A stretch of DNA of 64,000 nt from Lama guanicoe. Its lineage: Eukaryota. Where the stretch lies: positions 1,118,001 to 1,182,000 of the forward strand of contig MU054391.1 of the NCBI GenBank assembly GCA_013239625.1, read 5' to 3'. Below, piece by piece: positions 62,573 to 64,000 of this stretch (positions are counted from its first letter, which is position 1; every line of letters begins with the position of its first letter). The notes under the pieces were generated by a model. That model did not search any database. It was not told where the DNA came from and saw nothing but the letters and a program-made list of their open reading frames with translations. A program made the position numbers and the translations under genes.

Positions 62573-62743
62573 TTGCATGAAGTTTCAAGCATCTGAAAAA
62601 TCTGACTGTATGGTTTCATATTCTATATTTCCTTATGAGAGTTTGTTAGCATTACTTTTTTTGTTAATTGTTTAGGCCAGCAATACAAATGTTGAAGTGA
62701 AGAATAGAGTGACAGGTTTGCAAAAAAAAAAAAAAAAAAAAAA

Positions 62744-62889
62744 NNNNNNNNNNNNNNNNNNNNNNNNNNNNNNNNNNNNNNNNNNNNNNNNNNNNNNNNN
62801 NNNNNNNNNNNNNNNNNNNNNNNNNNNNNNNNNNNNNNNNNNNNNNNNNNNNNNNNNNNNNNNNNNNNNNNNNNNNNNNNNNNNNNNNN
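62744..62889. other. Assembly gap (146 N) flanked by poly(A) on both sides
   Basis: Direct reading. Confidence 1.
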
Positions 62890-62989
62890 AAAAAAAAAAA
62901 AAAAAAAAAAGACAGTCTCCTAGTATTTAATCAACAGATGAAACTATTGTGAATATGTCTCACCAAGAATGGGGAATCTTGGGGCACAG

Positions 62990-63530
62990 GAAGCCCTGTG
63001 TCCCTCACAACTGTCTCTCCTGCAGCTTCCAAACTGCACCATGCTGTCCTCTGGAACGTCACTGCCACCTCCTTCTTGCTAAATCAAAAGACCCTGCTTT
63101 GGGACCTCGTTCTCCTCGACACTTGCTCTGCCTCACATTTTACCACATCCCCTCAAGGAAAAAATGCTTTTGGCTTCCAGGGGATTTGACGATGCTGATT
63201 TTCCTCTAGTGTTTTCAGTGGCCGATTGGTTTCTTCAACAACAGGTCTTCTGTTTTGTCTCTTATTTGCTAAGCATGGGCACTGGCCGAGGGGCAGCTCT
63301 GGGTCCGCATGTGTCTCTCCGTATATGTAGTCCTCTCTGGTGCTCCCTCTTTTTCATGTCTCTGCAGAATGAGAGAGGGGCCCTGTGCCTCATCTGACCT
63401 TCATCTGACCTTGTGCGTCCTCCCCAGCATCGCTTCCTGCCCTCATCCTGCACACAGCACATCCTAAGCTAAACACGGTCTCTTTTCCCAGTGAGCCCTT
63501 CTTTCAAATTTCCCTGTTCCTCAGTCTAAG
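62990..63530 (+). mobile_element. Eutherian L2 ORF2 remnant
   Basis: CACCTCCTTCTTGCTAAATCAAAAG...CTCGTTCTCCTCGAC (LLLAKSK..LVLLD) and TTTGGCTTCCAGG. Confidence 0.6.
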
Positions 63531-63639
63531 TTTGCGGGGCACACAGAATTAAAAAGTAATCATCACATTTAATTACATCAGTAATGCAATAGTAATGATT
63601 GTATCAATAATCCATAGTCAAATTAGTCTATCAAAAATA

Positions 63640-63850
63640 CCATTTACAGTGCATAAGACGTTCTCATATGTATTTCCCTGTTTGATTTTTATGCAAAATT
63701 CTTTGAGAAGGAGATGACTCATCATTGTTTCTCTTTCACACATGAGAACATCGACACCCGGGGAAGGTAAGACTCTCAGCCAAGGACACAGCTGTAGTCA
63801 GGCTGGTTCTTCCGCCCAGCCTGGTGCCCCGTCCAGGGCTCTCCACAGTG
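63640..63850 (-). mobile_element. MIR SINE
   Basis: CATTTACAGTGC...TTTCACACATGAGAACATCGAC...CCAAGGACACAGCTGTAG. Confidence 0.55.
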
Positions 63851-64000
63851 TCAGTGGAAGAGCCCCACCAGAGACCCCCTCCGGCTAGAAGCGCCCTCTT
63901 ATCCAGCTCAGACCCTGAACACCTGTGTGCAGAGCTGCTGACACAAAGGTCCAAGGCGATGGGCTGTGCGAGGTTGTGTGCTGCCTCGTGGTGACTTGGG

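Noticed and set aside
62697..62930. Poly-Lys ORF
   Set aside because: It is an artefact of poly(A) plus the N gap.

Overview
Mammalian genomic DNA, very probably camelid (Camelus/Vicugna/Lama), judged from a tRNA-Ala-derived vic-1-type SINE with target-site duplications and camelid-style L1 3' ends. It looks intronic or intergenic. I recognise no host protein-coding exon, and the ORF track is almost all chance ORFs in GC-rich or repetitive DNA. Much of the window is transposon fossils (old and young L1, L2, MIR, MaLR MLT1 and ERVL MLT2 LTRs, ERV1-type solo LTRs, an ERVL integrase/dUTPase remnant) plus micro- and minisatellites and one assembly gap. Repeat family names come from my memory of consensus sequences, not from a search. 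The most notable observations are: (1) a decayed minus-strand L2/CR1-clade reverse-transcriptase fossil at ~17.9-18.6 kb that resembles fish/reptile-type L2 more than eutherian L2; (2) a near-perfect 1,077-bp tandem duplication ending at the poly(T) of a young L1, probably an assembly artefact; (3) AT-to-GC rewriting of repeats, suggesting GC-biased gene conversion; (4) a compact RUNX/PBX-HOX/GATA/ETS motif cluster between purine and pyrimidine tracts at ~60.2 kb; (5) an L1 with a twin-priming inversion, nested LTRs and a permuted MaLR internal fragment. I found no evidence for a new multi-gene system.
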